Assembly (NCBI GenBank): GCA_034722055.1
Contig: JAYENL010000010.1
Span: 1-50,334 of the forward strand
DNA from: Armatimonadota bacterium
Lineage (GTDB): Bacteria; Armatimonadota; Zipacnadia; Zipacnadales; UBA5352
Direction: 5' to 3'
Length of the DNA: 50,334 nt
The stretch's first letter is position 1. Every line of letters begins with the position of its first letter. Positions 7,852-17,232 of the stretch are shown piece by piece. The notes under the pieces are model-generated. The model did no database searches and was not told where the DNA came from. It worked only from the letters and a program-made list of their open reading frames with translations. Position numbers and translations under genes: made by a program.

Positions 7852-8703
7852 CTACTCAGCGTGGGCCCGCGCCGGCACGCGCTCGTTCCACTCCGCGGTG
7901 GCGTACTTCTCAGCCTCCAGCGCCACCGCCTGTCGCCGCTCGGCCTCCGAGAGGTCCCGGCGGTCAAGCTCCACCCCGAACGCCTCCGCGAAGCCGGCTA
8001 CGATGGCCTCGGCCATCTCCTCGAAGCTCACCGGGCGGCCAAGCAGGTCCGTCACGCTCATGGCCGCGCCGGCCAGCACCTGCCGGGCGATGCGCTCATC
8101 GGCGCCGGGCATCACCGCGATCTGATCCTCCAGGTCGATGGTGATGGGGATCGACCCGTGCTGCAGGATGCCGCCGCCCCGGCGCACCTGGGCGCTGCCG
8201 ACGACCTTCCGGCCGGCGGCCTGCAGATCGCAGCCCGCGGTCTTCGCGAAGCAGATCGGCCGGGCGGCATCGGCGCCGGTGGCCGGCTCTTGAGCCTGCC
8301 GCCGATCGCCGTCGCCGCCCAAGCTCACCTCCGCGCCCAACAGCTCCAGGCCGGCAATGATCCCGCGGGAGATCTCCCGGTAGGACTCCATCACCGAGTG
8401 CCCGCCGGCGATCTCGTCCTGGCGGATGCAGAAGCTGTAGGTGAGCTCATCAGCGTGCAGGATCGCCCGCCCGCCTGTGGGCCGGCGCACAATGTCGTAG
8501 CCGCGCTCGCGCACGGCGGTGCGGTCGATGCCCTCATCCAGCTCCTGATGGTAGCCCAGCGACACGGCTGGCGGTCGCCAGCCGTAGAGCCGGAGCGTAG
8601 GTGGCGCCTCGCCGCGGGCCACCGACTGCATGATGGCCTCATCCACCGCCATGTTGCGGAAGCCGCTGGCGTAGCCGCTTTCAATGATGCGCCAGGCGGT
8701 CAT
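7852..8703 (-). CDS. lipoate-protein ligase / octanoyltransferase (LplA/LipM family)
   Basis: NMAVDEAI, PTLRLYGW..PAVSLGYHQ, VRRPTGGRAILH, CF, GRKVVGSAQ and LQHGSI motifs; single catalytic domain like LipM. Confidence 0.92.
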   Translation of the reverse strand: MTAWRIIESGYASGFRNMAVDEAIMQSVARGEAPPTLRLYGWRPPAVSLGYHQELDEGIDRTAVRERGYDIVRRPTGGRAILHADELTYSFCIRQDEIAGGHSVMESYREISRGIIAGLELLGAEVSLGGDGDRRQAQEPATGADAARPICFAKTAGCDLQAAGRKVVGSAQVRRGGGILQHGSIPITIDLEDQIAVMPGADERIARQVLAGAAMSVTDLLGRPVSFEEMAEAIVAGFAEAFGVELDRRDLSEAERRQAVALEAEKYATAEWNERVPARAHAE

Positions 8704-8789
8704 GCCATCACCTCATATGAAACGAGCCGGCCGCAACGACGGCCGGCCCCCGGCTCACGCTTGGCTTTCTTCTGTGAGTGTCTGGCCGC

Positions 8790-9203
8790 TCAGAACTCCT
8801 CGTCCTCGTCGCGCGCGCCCTCGAGCCCGTCAAGGTAGTCCTCGTACTCATCCTCGCTCATGAGGTTGTCCAGCTCCGAGGGGTCCTCCAGCCTGACCTC
8901 CATCAGCCAGCCGTCGCCGTAGGGGTCCTGATTGATCAGCTCCGGGGCGTCGAGGACCTCCTCGTTGACGCGGATGATCTCCCCGCTGGCGGGGGCGAGC
9001 AGGTCCTCCACGGACTTCACGGACTCCACCGTGCCGCAGGCGTCGCCGCGGATGATGGCGGTGCCCTCCTCGGGCATCTCCGCGAAGATGATCTCGCCCA
9101 TCATGTCCTGAGCGTAGTCGGACATGCCTACCACCGCCAGGTCACCGTTCTCCAGCCGCACCCACATGTGGCCCTCGTCGAACTTCAACTCCCCGGAACT
9201 CAT
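8790..9203 (-). CDS. gcvH: glycine cleavage system H protein (lipoyl carrier)
   Basis: HMWV, VGMSDYAQD, VESVKS (lipoyl-Lys) and PELINQDPYGDGWL motifs; GAGGAGG RBS. Confidence 0.95.
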   Translation of the reverse strand: MSSGELKFDEGHMWVRLENGDLAVVGMSDYAQDMMGEIIFAEMPEEGTAIIRGDACGTVESVKSVEDLLAPASGEIIRVNEEVLDAPELINQDPYGDGWLMEVRLEDPSELDNLMSEDEYEDYLDGLEGARDEDEEF

Positions 9204-9325
9204 CGTGTGCCTCCTCGCTGCGTGCTGCCCACGGCCTCAGCGCGGGCATGGATCACATGCATGGAGCGGCCAGAATCTGCAATTCGAGGCCGCGTCGAAG
9301 CACCGTCTCCGCGGCGCCGCCCCAC

Positions 9326-9354
9326 ATATTAGGCGAGGGCCGCAGCCCTGTCAA
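9326..9354 (-). promoter_or_regulatory. sigma70-type promoter of the gcvH operon
   Basis: TTGACA-N17-TAATAT on the minus strand. Confidence 0.75.
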
Positions 9355-9449
9355 CCAGCCGCCGGAAATGAGGCCGCAGCGGTCTGCCGGGCCGTCGGCT
9401 GGCAGGTACGGGCGCTGCGCGCCTGGCGACCGCTGCAGCAAGGTACGCG

Positions 9450-9723
9450 GCAGCATCCAGATTCATGTGCCTGTCCTCTGCAGTGACGCCGCCGATGCCC
9501 GCGGAGGGGCCGCCTGAGGAGCGCATGCCGTGTATGCGCGACGAAGCCGGCCCGCGACCCCCACGAGACAGCATCGCGAGGCGCTGCTCCGAACGGTGAA
9601 CGGCCGGGCCGGCTTCGGCTCCAGCAAACCACGCTGGAGCCTCAGGCGGCCCCTCCTCTACTACCGGCATTCCGACAGTCCGCTCCCCGGCCCTCGCGCT
9701 GGGCACACGAATCTGGATGCTGC
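9450..9723. mobile_element. MITE-like non-autonomous element, copy 2 (inverted relative to copy 1)
   Basis: 22-bp TIRs GCAGCATCCAGATTC(A/G)TGTGCC (21/22 match); direct repeat AAGGTACGCG at 9440-9449 and 9724-9733. Confidence 0.92.
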
Positions 9724-9739
9724 AAGGTACGCGGGCGAT

Positions 9740-9768
9740 TTGACTTTGCTGGGGGGCTGTGTTAGGCT
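9740..9768 (+). promoter_or_regulatory. sigma70-type promoter of the DUF151 gene
   Basis: TTGACT-N17-TAGGCT with a TG extended -10. Confidence 0.7.
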
Positions 9769-9969
9769 TCTGGCTGCCATCGCCGTTGGCAAGTGAGACG
9801 GCTATGGCGGCTGCCGACGCCACGGCGGGCCGGCGTCGGTGCCGGGGCCAATCGGCCCCGGGTCGTGGTGACGTAATTCGGCGGCCGCAGGTCGCGGGCG
9901 CCAGCGGACGGCGCGCCGGGGCCGTGTGCGGGGGGGAGGGTGATGGCTCCGCGGAGGAGGCGGAGGAGC

Positions 9970-10440
9970 ATGGTTCGGATGAAGGTCCAGCGGGTGGGCA
10001 TCGACCCCAGCAGGCATGCACTGGTGATCCTCGCGGACGACGAGGAGCGGCGCCTGCTGCCCATCCTCATTGGCCTGTTCGAGGCTCAGGCCATCGCCAT
10101 GGCCATCAGTGGGGAGGACATCGGGCGGCCGCTGACACACGACCTGCTGCTGTCGGTGATCGAGGAGCTCGGCGGGCAACTGGAGCGCATCGAGGTCACA
10201 GAGCTTGCAGAGAAGACCTTCTACGCCCTGTTGCACGTGGAGTGCAATGGCAAGACCCTGCAGATCGATTCCCGGCCGTCGGACGCCATCGCACTGGCGC
10301 TGCGGGCCGAGGCCCCCATCTATGTGGCGGAGGAAGTCCTGGCGGATGCCCAGGTGATTGACGAGGACGTGGAGGAGGACGTCGAGAAGTTCAAGGACCT
10401 GCTGGATAAGGTGGATCTCGACGACGACCGGTCCGAGTAG
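9970..10440 (+). CDS. bifunctional nuclease family protein (DUF151/BFN)
   Basis: LPILIGLFEAQAI, RPLTHDL, TFYA and IDSRPSDAIALALR motifs; GGAGGA RBS. Confidence 0.93.
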   Translation: MVRMKVQRVGIDPSRHALVILADDEERRLLPILIGLFEAQAIAMAISGEDIGRPLTHDLLLSVIEELGGQLERIEVTELAEKTFYALLHVECNGKTLQIDSRPSDAIALALRAEAPIYVAEEVLADAQVIDEDVEEDVEKFKDLLDKVDLDDDRSE

Positions 10441-10549
10441 GACCGTGCGCGGTCGGACCCCGGCGTATTGAAGGCCTCGCCGACGCCAGGTGGCGGGGCC
10501 TTCCCCGTACTGATTCCAGCTGCTGCGAAGGAAGCGGAGGACCCACTGA

Positions 10550-13500
10550 GTGGACACATCGAATCGCTGGCTCTGGTACCTGCTGGGCATCTTCCTCGCC
10601 CTGATTCTGATCGCCAAGGGCCTGACGCTTTATACCGATTACTTGTGGTTTGGCTCCTTCGATCAGGCGGCGGTGTGGAGCACCATGTTCTGGACCAAGA
10701 TCCTGCTGGGAGTGGTGCTGGGAGCAGCGTTCTTCGCTTTCCTATACGCGAACCTGCGCTTCGCCCGACGGCCGCTGCCGGGTGACGTCACCTTCATCGG
10801 CCGCAGGCTGCTGCCGGAGGAGGAGCGGGAGCAGATCGAGCAGTACGCCGACAGGGCGCTGCTGGTCTTCAGCGTCGTCGGCGCCGTCATGGCCGGGATC
10901 GTGGCCAGCGGCCACTGGCTGGAGCTGCTGCAGTACCTCAACGCGGTGGAGTTCGGGAGGGCCGACCCCGTCTTCGGCAACGATGCGGGCTTCTACGTCT
11001 TCAGGCTTCGCTTCATCGAGTACATCTGGCGCTCCGTCTACTACGCCCTGATCGTGACCTTCGTGGCCAGCGTCCTGGTGCACCTGTATCAGGAGGCCAT
11101 CCGGCTGGTGGGCAGCAACATCCAGGCCATCCCCAGGGCCCGGGCGCACTCGCTGGGACTGCTGGCGGGGGCGCTGTTCGTGAAGATCTACGGCTATCGG
11201 CTGTCGCAGTATAACCTGCTGTTCTCGACCAGCTCGGGCGCCTTCATGGGCGGAGCGGGCTGGACCGACATTCACGCCCGGCTGCCGGTGCTGTGGCTGC
11301 TGATGGCGGCTGCGGCGGTGTGTGGCATCATCGCGCTGGTGGCGATCAAGACCCGCAACTACAGGCTGCCCGCCGGAGCTGTTGCCGCGCTGGTGCTGCT
11401 GTCGCTGCTGGGTGGCACGGTCTATCCGCTGGCCATGCAGAAGCTGGTGGTTGTGCCCAACGAGCTGGACTACGAAGCGGATTACATCACGCGGAACATC
11501 GAGGCCACCAACTTCGCCTACGGAACCCACATGGTCCGGGACGACATCTTTGGGGTGAGCAACGACCTGGACGCGGACATGGTGGAGCAGAACTGGGCGA
11601 CTATCGAGAACATCCGCCTCTGGGACCATCGCCCGCTGCAGCGCACCTACAACCAGGAGCAGGCCATCCGCGCCTACTACAACTTCCCGGACGTGGACGT
11701 GGACCGCTACACCATTGAGGGGCGGCTGCGCCAGGTCATGCTGGCGCCGAGGCAGCTCAACGCCGACAAGATCCCCGGCAAGGAGCGCTGGGTCAACTAT
11801 CACCTGAAGTACACGCACGGCCACGGCCTGGCGATGTCGCCGGTGAACGAGATCGGCCCCGAGGGGCTGCCTAACTACTGGGTGGGCGACATTCCCCCGC
11901 GCTCGATTGAGGATACCACGGTGACCGAGGCGGGGGCGAGGGTCTACTACAGCGCCAGCGTACGGCCGCGACTGATCGAGTGGACGAGTCCGCCGGAGAC
12001 CCCGCTGCGCGGACAGGAGCCGCAGGCAGACCAGGAGCCCGAGCCGGGCCCGGGCGGTGGCCAGCCACGGCAGGGCCCCAATCAGCCACGACGCGGCTAC
12101 GGCGGGGTGCCCGAGGACATCACCACGCAGAAGTTCGTCATCGTGAACACGCAGGAGCCTGAGCTGGACTACTCCCGCGGCGGCCAGACCGGTGCCGACA
12201 CCATCGACAATGCCTACAACCACTACGATGGCACCGGCGGGGTGGTGCTGAGTAACTTCTTCCGACGCATCGCCTTCTTCGCGCGCTTCTTCCCCGACGT
12301 GCGCATTCTGTTCACCAACCAGCCCACGGCTGAGAGCCGCATCCAGATCAACCGCACCGTTCCGGAGCGCATGCAGGCGGTGGCGCCCTTCCTGCTCTAC
12401 GATCCCGACCCCTACCTGGTGGTCGATGAGGACGGGACGCTGAAGTGGATCGAGGACGCCTACACAGTCTCAGGCAGGTACCCCTACTCGCATCTTCTGC
12501 AGCGCCTCGGCGCGCGGCGCCTGCCACTCGGCAACTACTTCCGCAACTCCGTGAAGGTGGTCTGTGACACCTACCACGGCGTGCCTGAATACTACGTGAT
12601 CGACCCCGAGGACCCGCTGGTGCAGTGCTATCAGCGGATCTTCCCCACCCTCTTCAAGCCCATCGACGAGATGTCACCGTACCTGCGCAAGCACCTGCGC
12701 TATCCCCAGCTTCTGTTCGCCATCCAGGTGGCTGCATACACGGACTACCACATGAAGGATCCGCAGGTGTTCTATCAGGGCGAGGACCGGTGGGCGATCC
12801 CCCCGGAGATCTACTCCTTCGGGCGCCGGAAGATGGAGGCCTACTATGTGGTCATGCAGCTTCCCGACGCCGAGGAGCCGGAGTTCTTGCTGATGATGCC
12901 GCTGGTGCTCTCGGGCCAGGAGGAGCGGGTGATGGTGGCCTGGATGGCGGCCCGCTGTGACGAGCCGCACTACGGGGAGCTGATGGTCTACCACTTCCCG
13001 CGCCGAACCATCTACGGACCATGGATGATCGAGTCCCGCATCTCCCAGGACGCCGAGATCTCCGAACAGATCACCCTCTGGAGCCAGGCCGGCTCCCGCG
13101 TGATCCGGGGGAACCTGCTGGTGATACCGCTCGCGGACTCGCTGCTGTATGTCGAGCCGCTTTACCTTGAGGCCGAGGACACCGGCCTGCCGGAGCTGCG
13201 ACGCGTCATCCTGGCCTACGGCGAGAACATCGTTTGGGGGAAGGACCTGGAGACCACACTGGCCAAGCTCTTCGGCAGGATCGAGGCCCGCGAGGAGATC
13301 GCGGAGACGCCCGCCGAGGAGCAGCCCCCGCAGGTCGAGGTCGCCCCCGAGGTCATCGAGACGCTGCGCCAGAGGATCGAGCGGGTGCTCGACCTCGATC
13401 GCGAGGCCGAGGAGGCGCGGGCCCGCGGCGACTTCCAGACCTATCTGGAGAAGAACGTGCAGCAAAGCGAGGCTCTCAGAGAACTCGAGCAACAGCTCGA

Positions 13501-13552
13501 GAGCGGAGCAGGAGGAGCCGGGCTTGACGCAGGAGAGGCCGCAGCTCCCTGA
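10550..13552 (+). CDS. UPF0182 family membrane protein
   Basis: YTDYLWF, DPVFGNDAGFYVF, NIRLWD.RPL, YYNFPDVDVDRY, HLKYTHGHG, DPDPY, HLRYP..LF and VIRGNLLVIP...LLYVEPLYL motifs. Confidence 0.95.
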   Translation: MDTSNRWLWYLLGIFLALILIAKGLTLYTDYLWFGSFDQAAVWSTMFWTKILLGVVLGAAFFAFLYANLRFARRPLPGDVTFIGRRLLPEEEREQIEQYADRALLVFSVVGAVMAGIVASGHWLELLQYLNAVEFGRADPVFGNDAGFYVFRLRFIEYIWRSVYYALIVTFVASVLVHLYQEAIRLVGSNIQAIPRARAHSLGLLAGALFVKIYGYRLSQYNLLFSTSSGAFMGGAGWTDIHARLPVLWLLMAAAAVCGIIALVAIKTRNYRLPAGAVAALVLLSLLGGTVYPLAMQKLVVVPNELDYEADYITRNIEATNFAYGTHMVRDDIFGVSNDLDADMVEQNWATIENIRLWDHRPLQRTYNQEQAIRAYYNFPDVDVDRYTIEGRLRQVMLAPRQLNADKIPGKERWVNYHLKYTHGHGLAMSPVNEIGPEGLPNYWVGDIPPRSIEDTTVTEAGARVYYSASVRPRLIEWTSPPETPLRGQEPQADQEPEPGPGGGQPRQGPNQPRRGYGGVPEDITTQKFVIVNTQEPELDYSRGGQTGADTIDNAYNHYDGTGGVVLSNFFRRIAFFARFFPDVRILFTNQPTAESRIQINRTVPERMQAVAPFLLYDPDPYLVVDEDGTLKWIEDAYTVSGRYPYSHLLQRLGARRLPLGNYFRNSVKVVCDTYHGVPEYYVIDPEDPLVQCYQRIFPTLFKPIDEMSPYLRKHLRYPQLLFAIQVAAYTDYHMKDPQVFYQGEDRWAIPPEIYSFGRRKMEAYYVVMQLPDAEEPEFLLMMPLVLSGQEERVMVAWMAARCDEPHYGELMVYHFPRRTIYGPWMIESRISQDAEISEQITLWSQAGSRVIRGNLLVIPLADSLLYVEPLYLEAEDTGLPELRRVILAYGENIVWGKDLETTLAKLFGRIEAREEIAETPAEEQPPQVEVAPEVIETLRQRIERVLDLDREAEEARARGDFQTYLEKNVQQSEALRELEQQLESGAGGAGLDAGEAAAP

Positions 13553-15017
13553 GGTCATCGAGCGGCTGATCGACCCGCAGGTGGCGAGCCTGCGGGTCGT
13601 CACTGACAGCTCGGCCGCGGCCGGGAGCCGCGTTGCCGTCACCGTCCAGGCCCGCAACGCCACGGGGGCGACGGCCACCGCCGGCGAGGGCTCGGTGCCG
13701 CTGGTTCTCCGCGGCCCCGGCGGCCATGCCAAGGCCGGTGAGGTCGAGCTGAGCGGCGGCCTGGGCCACGCCGAGATCGAGCTCCCCGAGCCGGGCGTCT
13801 ACCGCGTGGAGGCGCTGATGAGCGAGGAGCTGTGGGCGGTCAGTGACCCGGTGGAGGTCGCGGACCGAGAGCCCCAGAGGAGGCTCTACTGGGGCGACAT
13901 CCACTCACACATCCGGGAGCGGCGCGCCCAGGCCACCATCAGCGATGCCGACGAGCTCATGGGCCCGGCGACGGTTGATGCCGCTCTGGCGTGGGCCAGG
14001 GACGTGGCCGGCGTGCACTTCGCCTCGGTCACCGACCATGACCTGAAGCTGACGGAGCTGGAGTGGGAAGAGACCATCGCCGCCTGCGACGAGGTGACCG
14101 AGGACGGGCGCTTCGTGGCCTTCCCGGGCTACGAATGGGGAGACTCCCGCGGAATGGCCATGAACTACGGGCACCGCCAGGTGGTCTACAGGAGCGGTGA
14201 GATCGCCGGGGGCGAACAGGTTCCTCTGCTGCGGTGCTGCGAGCAGCCGACCCACACTGCGCCGGGCCTGTACGCCGGCCTGCGGGAGGCGGTGAGCCTC
14301 GAGGACGTGCTGGTGGTCCCGCACCACACAGCGCGCGGCGGCGGCAACACGTGGATGAACTGGGACTACTTTGACCCGGAGCTGGAGCGCTGCTGCGAGA
14401 TCTATTCCATCTGGGGCAGCTCCGAGATGATGGGCGAGCCCTACCCGATTCGCTACATCGCCACCGGCGGCTACTTCGGCACCGCCGAGGCCCGCGGCCA
14501 TCACCTCCAGGACGGCCTGGCTCGAGGCTGCCGCTTCGGCTTCACAGGCGGCTCCGAGTCCCACGATGGTCGGCCGGCGAGGCCGCTCATTCACGGCAGG
14601 GAGCTGATCGCCGAGTCCGACCAGCTCTGGCCGCCGGGGATTACCGGCGTGTGGGCGGAAAGGCTGAGCCGGGACGCCGTGTTTGATGCCCTCCGCGCGC
14701 GCCGCTGCTACGGGACCACCGGCGCCCGCATCATCGTCCGCTTCTCGCTGGGTGACGCGGCGATGGGTGAGGAGGTGGCTGCGGAGCAGCTCTCCGCCCC
14801 GGTAGAGTTGACAGCGGAGGCCATCGGCACCGCCGCCATCCGGCGCTGCGAGCTGGTGCGCAGCAACCAGGTCATCGACGCCGCCTCCTCCGGCAATGAG
14901 CACCTGACGGCGCAGTTCATGGACGGGAGCCGGCCGCACCCGGGCGACTTCTACTACCTGCGCATCACCCAGGCCGACGGTGAGATGGCCTGGGCGTCAC
15001 CGATATTCATCACATGA
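13524..15017 (+). CDS. PHP-fold metallohydrolase (DUF3604 / CehA-McbA-like)
   Basis: YWGDIHSH, VTDHD, PGYEW, VPHH, GFTGGSESHDGRP and ALRARRCYGTTG motifs; TTG start with GGAGGAG RBS overlapping the upstream gene end. Confidence 0.85.
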   Translation: MTQERPQLPEVIERLIDPQVASLRVVTDSSAAAGSRVAVTVQARNATGATATAGEGSVPLVLRGPGGHAKAGEVELSGGLGHAEIELPEPGVYRVEALMSEELWAVSDPVEVADREPQRRLYWGDIHSHIRERRAQATISDADELMGPATVDAALAWARDVAGVHFASVTDHDLKLTELEWEETIAACDEVTEDGRFVAFPGYEWGDSRGMAMNYGHRQVVYRSGEIAGGEQVPLLRCCEQPTHTAPGLYAGLREAVSLEDVLVVPHHTARGGGNTWMNWDYFDPELERCCEIYSIWGSSEMMGEPYPIRYIATGGYFGTAEARGHHLQDGLARGCRFGFTGGSESHDGRPARPLIHGRELIAESDQLWPPGITGVWAERLSRDAVFDALRARRCYGTTGARIIVRFSLGDAAMGEEVAAEQLSAPVELTAEAIGTAAIRRCELVRSNQVIDAASSGNEHLTAQFMDGSRPHPGDFYYLRITQADGEMAWASPIFIT

Positions 15018-15718
15018 GCACCGAGGCGACACCCGACATCGTGACCGACTTCGACCCCGCTGCGATCCGCGGCGTGATCTTTGACTTCGACGGCACCCTG
15101 GCGGAGACCAACATCGACTTCGCACTCATGCGCCAGCGGGTGCTGGAGGTCGCGGAGCGGTGGGGGCTGGCCGAGCACCTCGACGCCAAGCGCTACATCC
15201 TCGAGATCGTGGACCAGTCCCTCTCGCTGCTGGCCGAGGAGGCGGAGCGCAACCGCTTCCGAGAGGAGGCCGAGCGTGCCATGCAGGAGGTGGAGCTGGT
15301 GTTCACCTCAGTAGCGGTACCCTTCGGTGGCGTCGAGGAGACCCTCGAGCAGCTTCAGCGCTGCGGCCGACGCGTGGGGATCATCACCCGAAACTGCCGC
15401 GCCGGCGTGCACTCGGTGATGCAGCGCCACCCGCTCGCCCATGAGGTGCTGCTGACCCGCGACGACGTGGACCACGTCAAGCCGGACCCGGCGCACCTGC
15501 ACGACGCTCTGGAGGCGTTGGAGGTCGTGCCCGCCGAGGCGCTGATGGTGGGGGACCACGTGACGGACATTGAGGTGGGCCACGCCGCGGGCACCTGGAC
15601 GGCCGGCGTGCTGACTGCGAGGACCACACGGGAGCAGTTCGCGGAGGCCGGCGCAGACCTGATCCTGCCCTCCGCCGCGGCGGTCGCGCAGGTGCTGCGC
15701 CTGCAGGAGGAGCAGTAG
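15014..15718 (+). CDS. HAD family hydrolase (phosphoglycolate phosphatase-like)
   Basis: IFDFDGTL, IITRN, KPDP and MVGDHVTD motifs; ATGA coupling with the upstream gene. Confidence 0.93.
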   Translation: MSTEATPDIVTDFDPAAIRGVIFDFDGTLAETNIDFALMRQRVLEVAERWGLAEHLDAKRYILEIVDQSLSLLAEEAERNRFREEAERAMQEVELVFTSVAVPFGGVEETLEQLQRCGRRVGIITRNCRAGVHSVMQRHPLAHEVLLTRDDVDHVKPDPAHLHDALEALEVVPAEALMVGDHVTDIEVGHAAGTWTAGVLTARTTREQFAEAGADLILPSAAAVAQVLRLQEEQ

Positions 15719-15721
15719 GTC

Positions 15722-16741
15722 ATGCGGCAGCGGTTCCCGGTGGGGAAGCTGGAGCCGGAGCTGCTGGCCGAACTGCTGGGGAGCCTGCACATCGATGACC
15801 CGGCGGTGATCGTGGGACCCGGCGTCGGTCGGGACGTGGCGGTGCTGGAGTGGGGCCAGGGAGACAGCTACCTCATCGCCAAGACCGACCCCATCACCTT
15901 CGCCACCGACGAGATCGGGCACTACGCGGTGAGCGTCAACACCAACGACGTGGCAACCAGCGGCGGCCTGCCCCGCTGGTTCCTGGCCACGCTGCTGCTG
16001 CCCGACGAGGACAGCGATGAGACGCTCGTCCGCACCATCTTCAAGCAGATCGACGAGGCCTGCCGGGAGATGGACATCGCCCTGGTGGGAGGCCACACCG
16101 AGGTCACCTACGACCTTGGTCGCCCCATCCTGGTGGGCCTGATGATCGGTGAGGTGGAGAAGCGGAACCTGGTCACCAGCGATGGCGCGCAGGTCGGCGA
16201 CCGGCTGCTGCTGACCAAGCGCGTGGCGGTGGAGGGCACCGCCATCATCGCCCGGGAGATGGGTCAGGAGCTGATCGACCGGGGCTTCGATGAGGAGACG
16301 GTGCAGCGGGCCGCCGCGATGCTGCACGATCCCGGCATCAGCGTGCTCGCTGAGGCCCGGGCGGCCGTGAGCGCCGGCGAGGTGCACGCCATGCACGATC
16401 CCACTGAGGGCGGCGTTGCCACCGGCCTGCACGAGCTGGCCATCGCCAGCAGCACGGGCATCCAGGTCGCGCACGATCAGATCCCCTTCTACCCCCAGAC
16501 GCAGGGCTTCTGTGAGGCGCTGGGCATCGAGCCTCTGGGACTCATCGGCTCCGGGTCGCTGCTGATCGCAGCTCCGCCCGAGGACGCTGAGCGCATCATC
16601 GACGCCATTCGCGAGAGGGGCGTGGAGTGCGCGGACATCGGCGAGGTGGTGGAGGAGGCGAAGGGCATCATGATCCGCCGCGGCCTGGACTGGTTCGATC
16701 TCCCGCGCTACGATCAGGACGAGATCGCGAAGCTGTTTTGA
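15722..16741 (+). CDS. AIR synthase-related (PurM/HypE superfamily) protein
   Basis: GKL, VGPGVGRDVAV, KTDPITFA, VNTNDVAT.GG.PRW, VGGHTEVT and AMHDPTEGG motifs. Confidence 0.9.
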   Translation: MRQRFPVGKLEPELLAELLGSLHIDDPAVIVGPGVGRDVAVLEWGQGDSYLIAKTDPITFATDEIGHYAVSVNTNDVATSGGLPRWFLATLLLPDEDSDETLVRTIFKQIDEACREMDIALVGGHTEVTYDLGRPILVGLMIGEVEKRNLVTSDGAQVGDRLLLTKRVAVEGTAIIAREMGQELIDRGFDEETVQRAAAMLHDPGISVLAEARAAVSAGEVHAMHDPTEGGVATGLHELAIASSTGIQVAHDQIPFYPQTQGFCEALGIEPLGLIGSGSLLIAAPPEDAERIIDAIRERGVECADIGEVVEEAKGIMIRRGLDWFDLPRYDQDEIAKLF

Positions 16742-16749
16742 AGCAGCCG

Positions 16750-16952
16750 CAAGCGGCAAGCTACAAGCTGCAAGCTAACAGCGGACAGCTATCAGCTATC
16801 AGCGGACAGCTATCAGCGCACAGCTATCAGCTATCAGCGGACAGCTATCAGCTATCAGCAGACAGCTAACAGCTATCGGCGGACAGCAAACAGCTATCAG
16901 CGGACAGCAAACAGCTATGAGCGGACAGCTAACGGCCAACGGCGAACAGCTA
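16750..16952. repeat. tandem heptamer array (~29 units; CAAGCNN then CAGCTAT/CAGCGGA/CAGCAAA variants)
   Basis: 7-bp periodicity directly visible after the stop at 16741. Confidence 0.95.
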
Positions 16953-17071
16953 CGGACGAACACCTACCCCGGATTACTCGCGTAGGTCGGCCTGCGACTG
17001 GTGGTGCCTGTCAGGCGCAGGTGAGAGCGCGCTGCGCTCTCAGCTTTCAGCTCGACACCCGTGTGTCACCG

Positions 17072-17191
17072 TGGAGGGGCCGCCGCGAGCGTAGCGAGCG
17101 GGCAAGCTGTGGAGGCGGGAAGAGGCGCGCAGGCGCCTCCGGGGTGAGCTCGCGAGCAAAGCGAGTGAGCTCACAGGTTCCACCCCGGCCC
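17072..17191 (+). repeat. REP-like composite unit (left partner of 18212-18290)
   Basis: TGGAGGGGCCGCCGCGAGCGTAGCGAGCG (17072-17100) ... CAGGTTCCACCCCGGCCC (17174-17191). Confidence 0.8.
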
Positions 17192-17232
17192 ATCGAGGCT
17201 GAGGCTGTTTCGCAACGCATGGAAGCGGCTGT

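Noticed and set aside
9204..9325. Glycine riboswitch upstream of gcvH
   Set aside because: I could not identify the conserved GGAGA...CCGAAG...CTCTCAGG aptamer elements.
9513..9553. CTGAGGA-stem-GACGAAG resembling a hammerhead ribozyme core
   Set aside because: The required GAAA directly after stem II and a stem III with a UH cleavage site are not evident; a REP-like module fits better. An Infernal search would settle it.
15722..16741. Calling this gene hypE, thiL or selD
   Set aside because: There is no hydrogenase context and no HypE C-terminal PRIC motif; only superfamily membership is supported.
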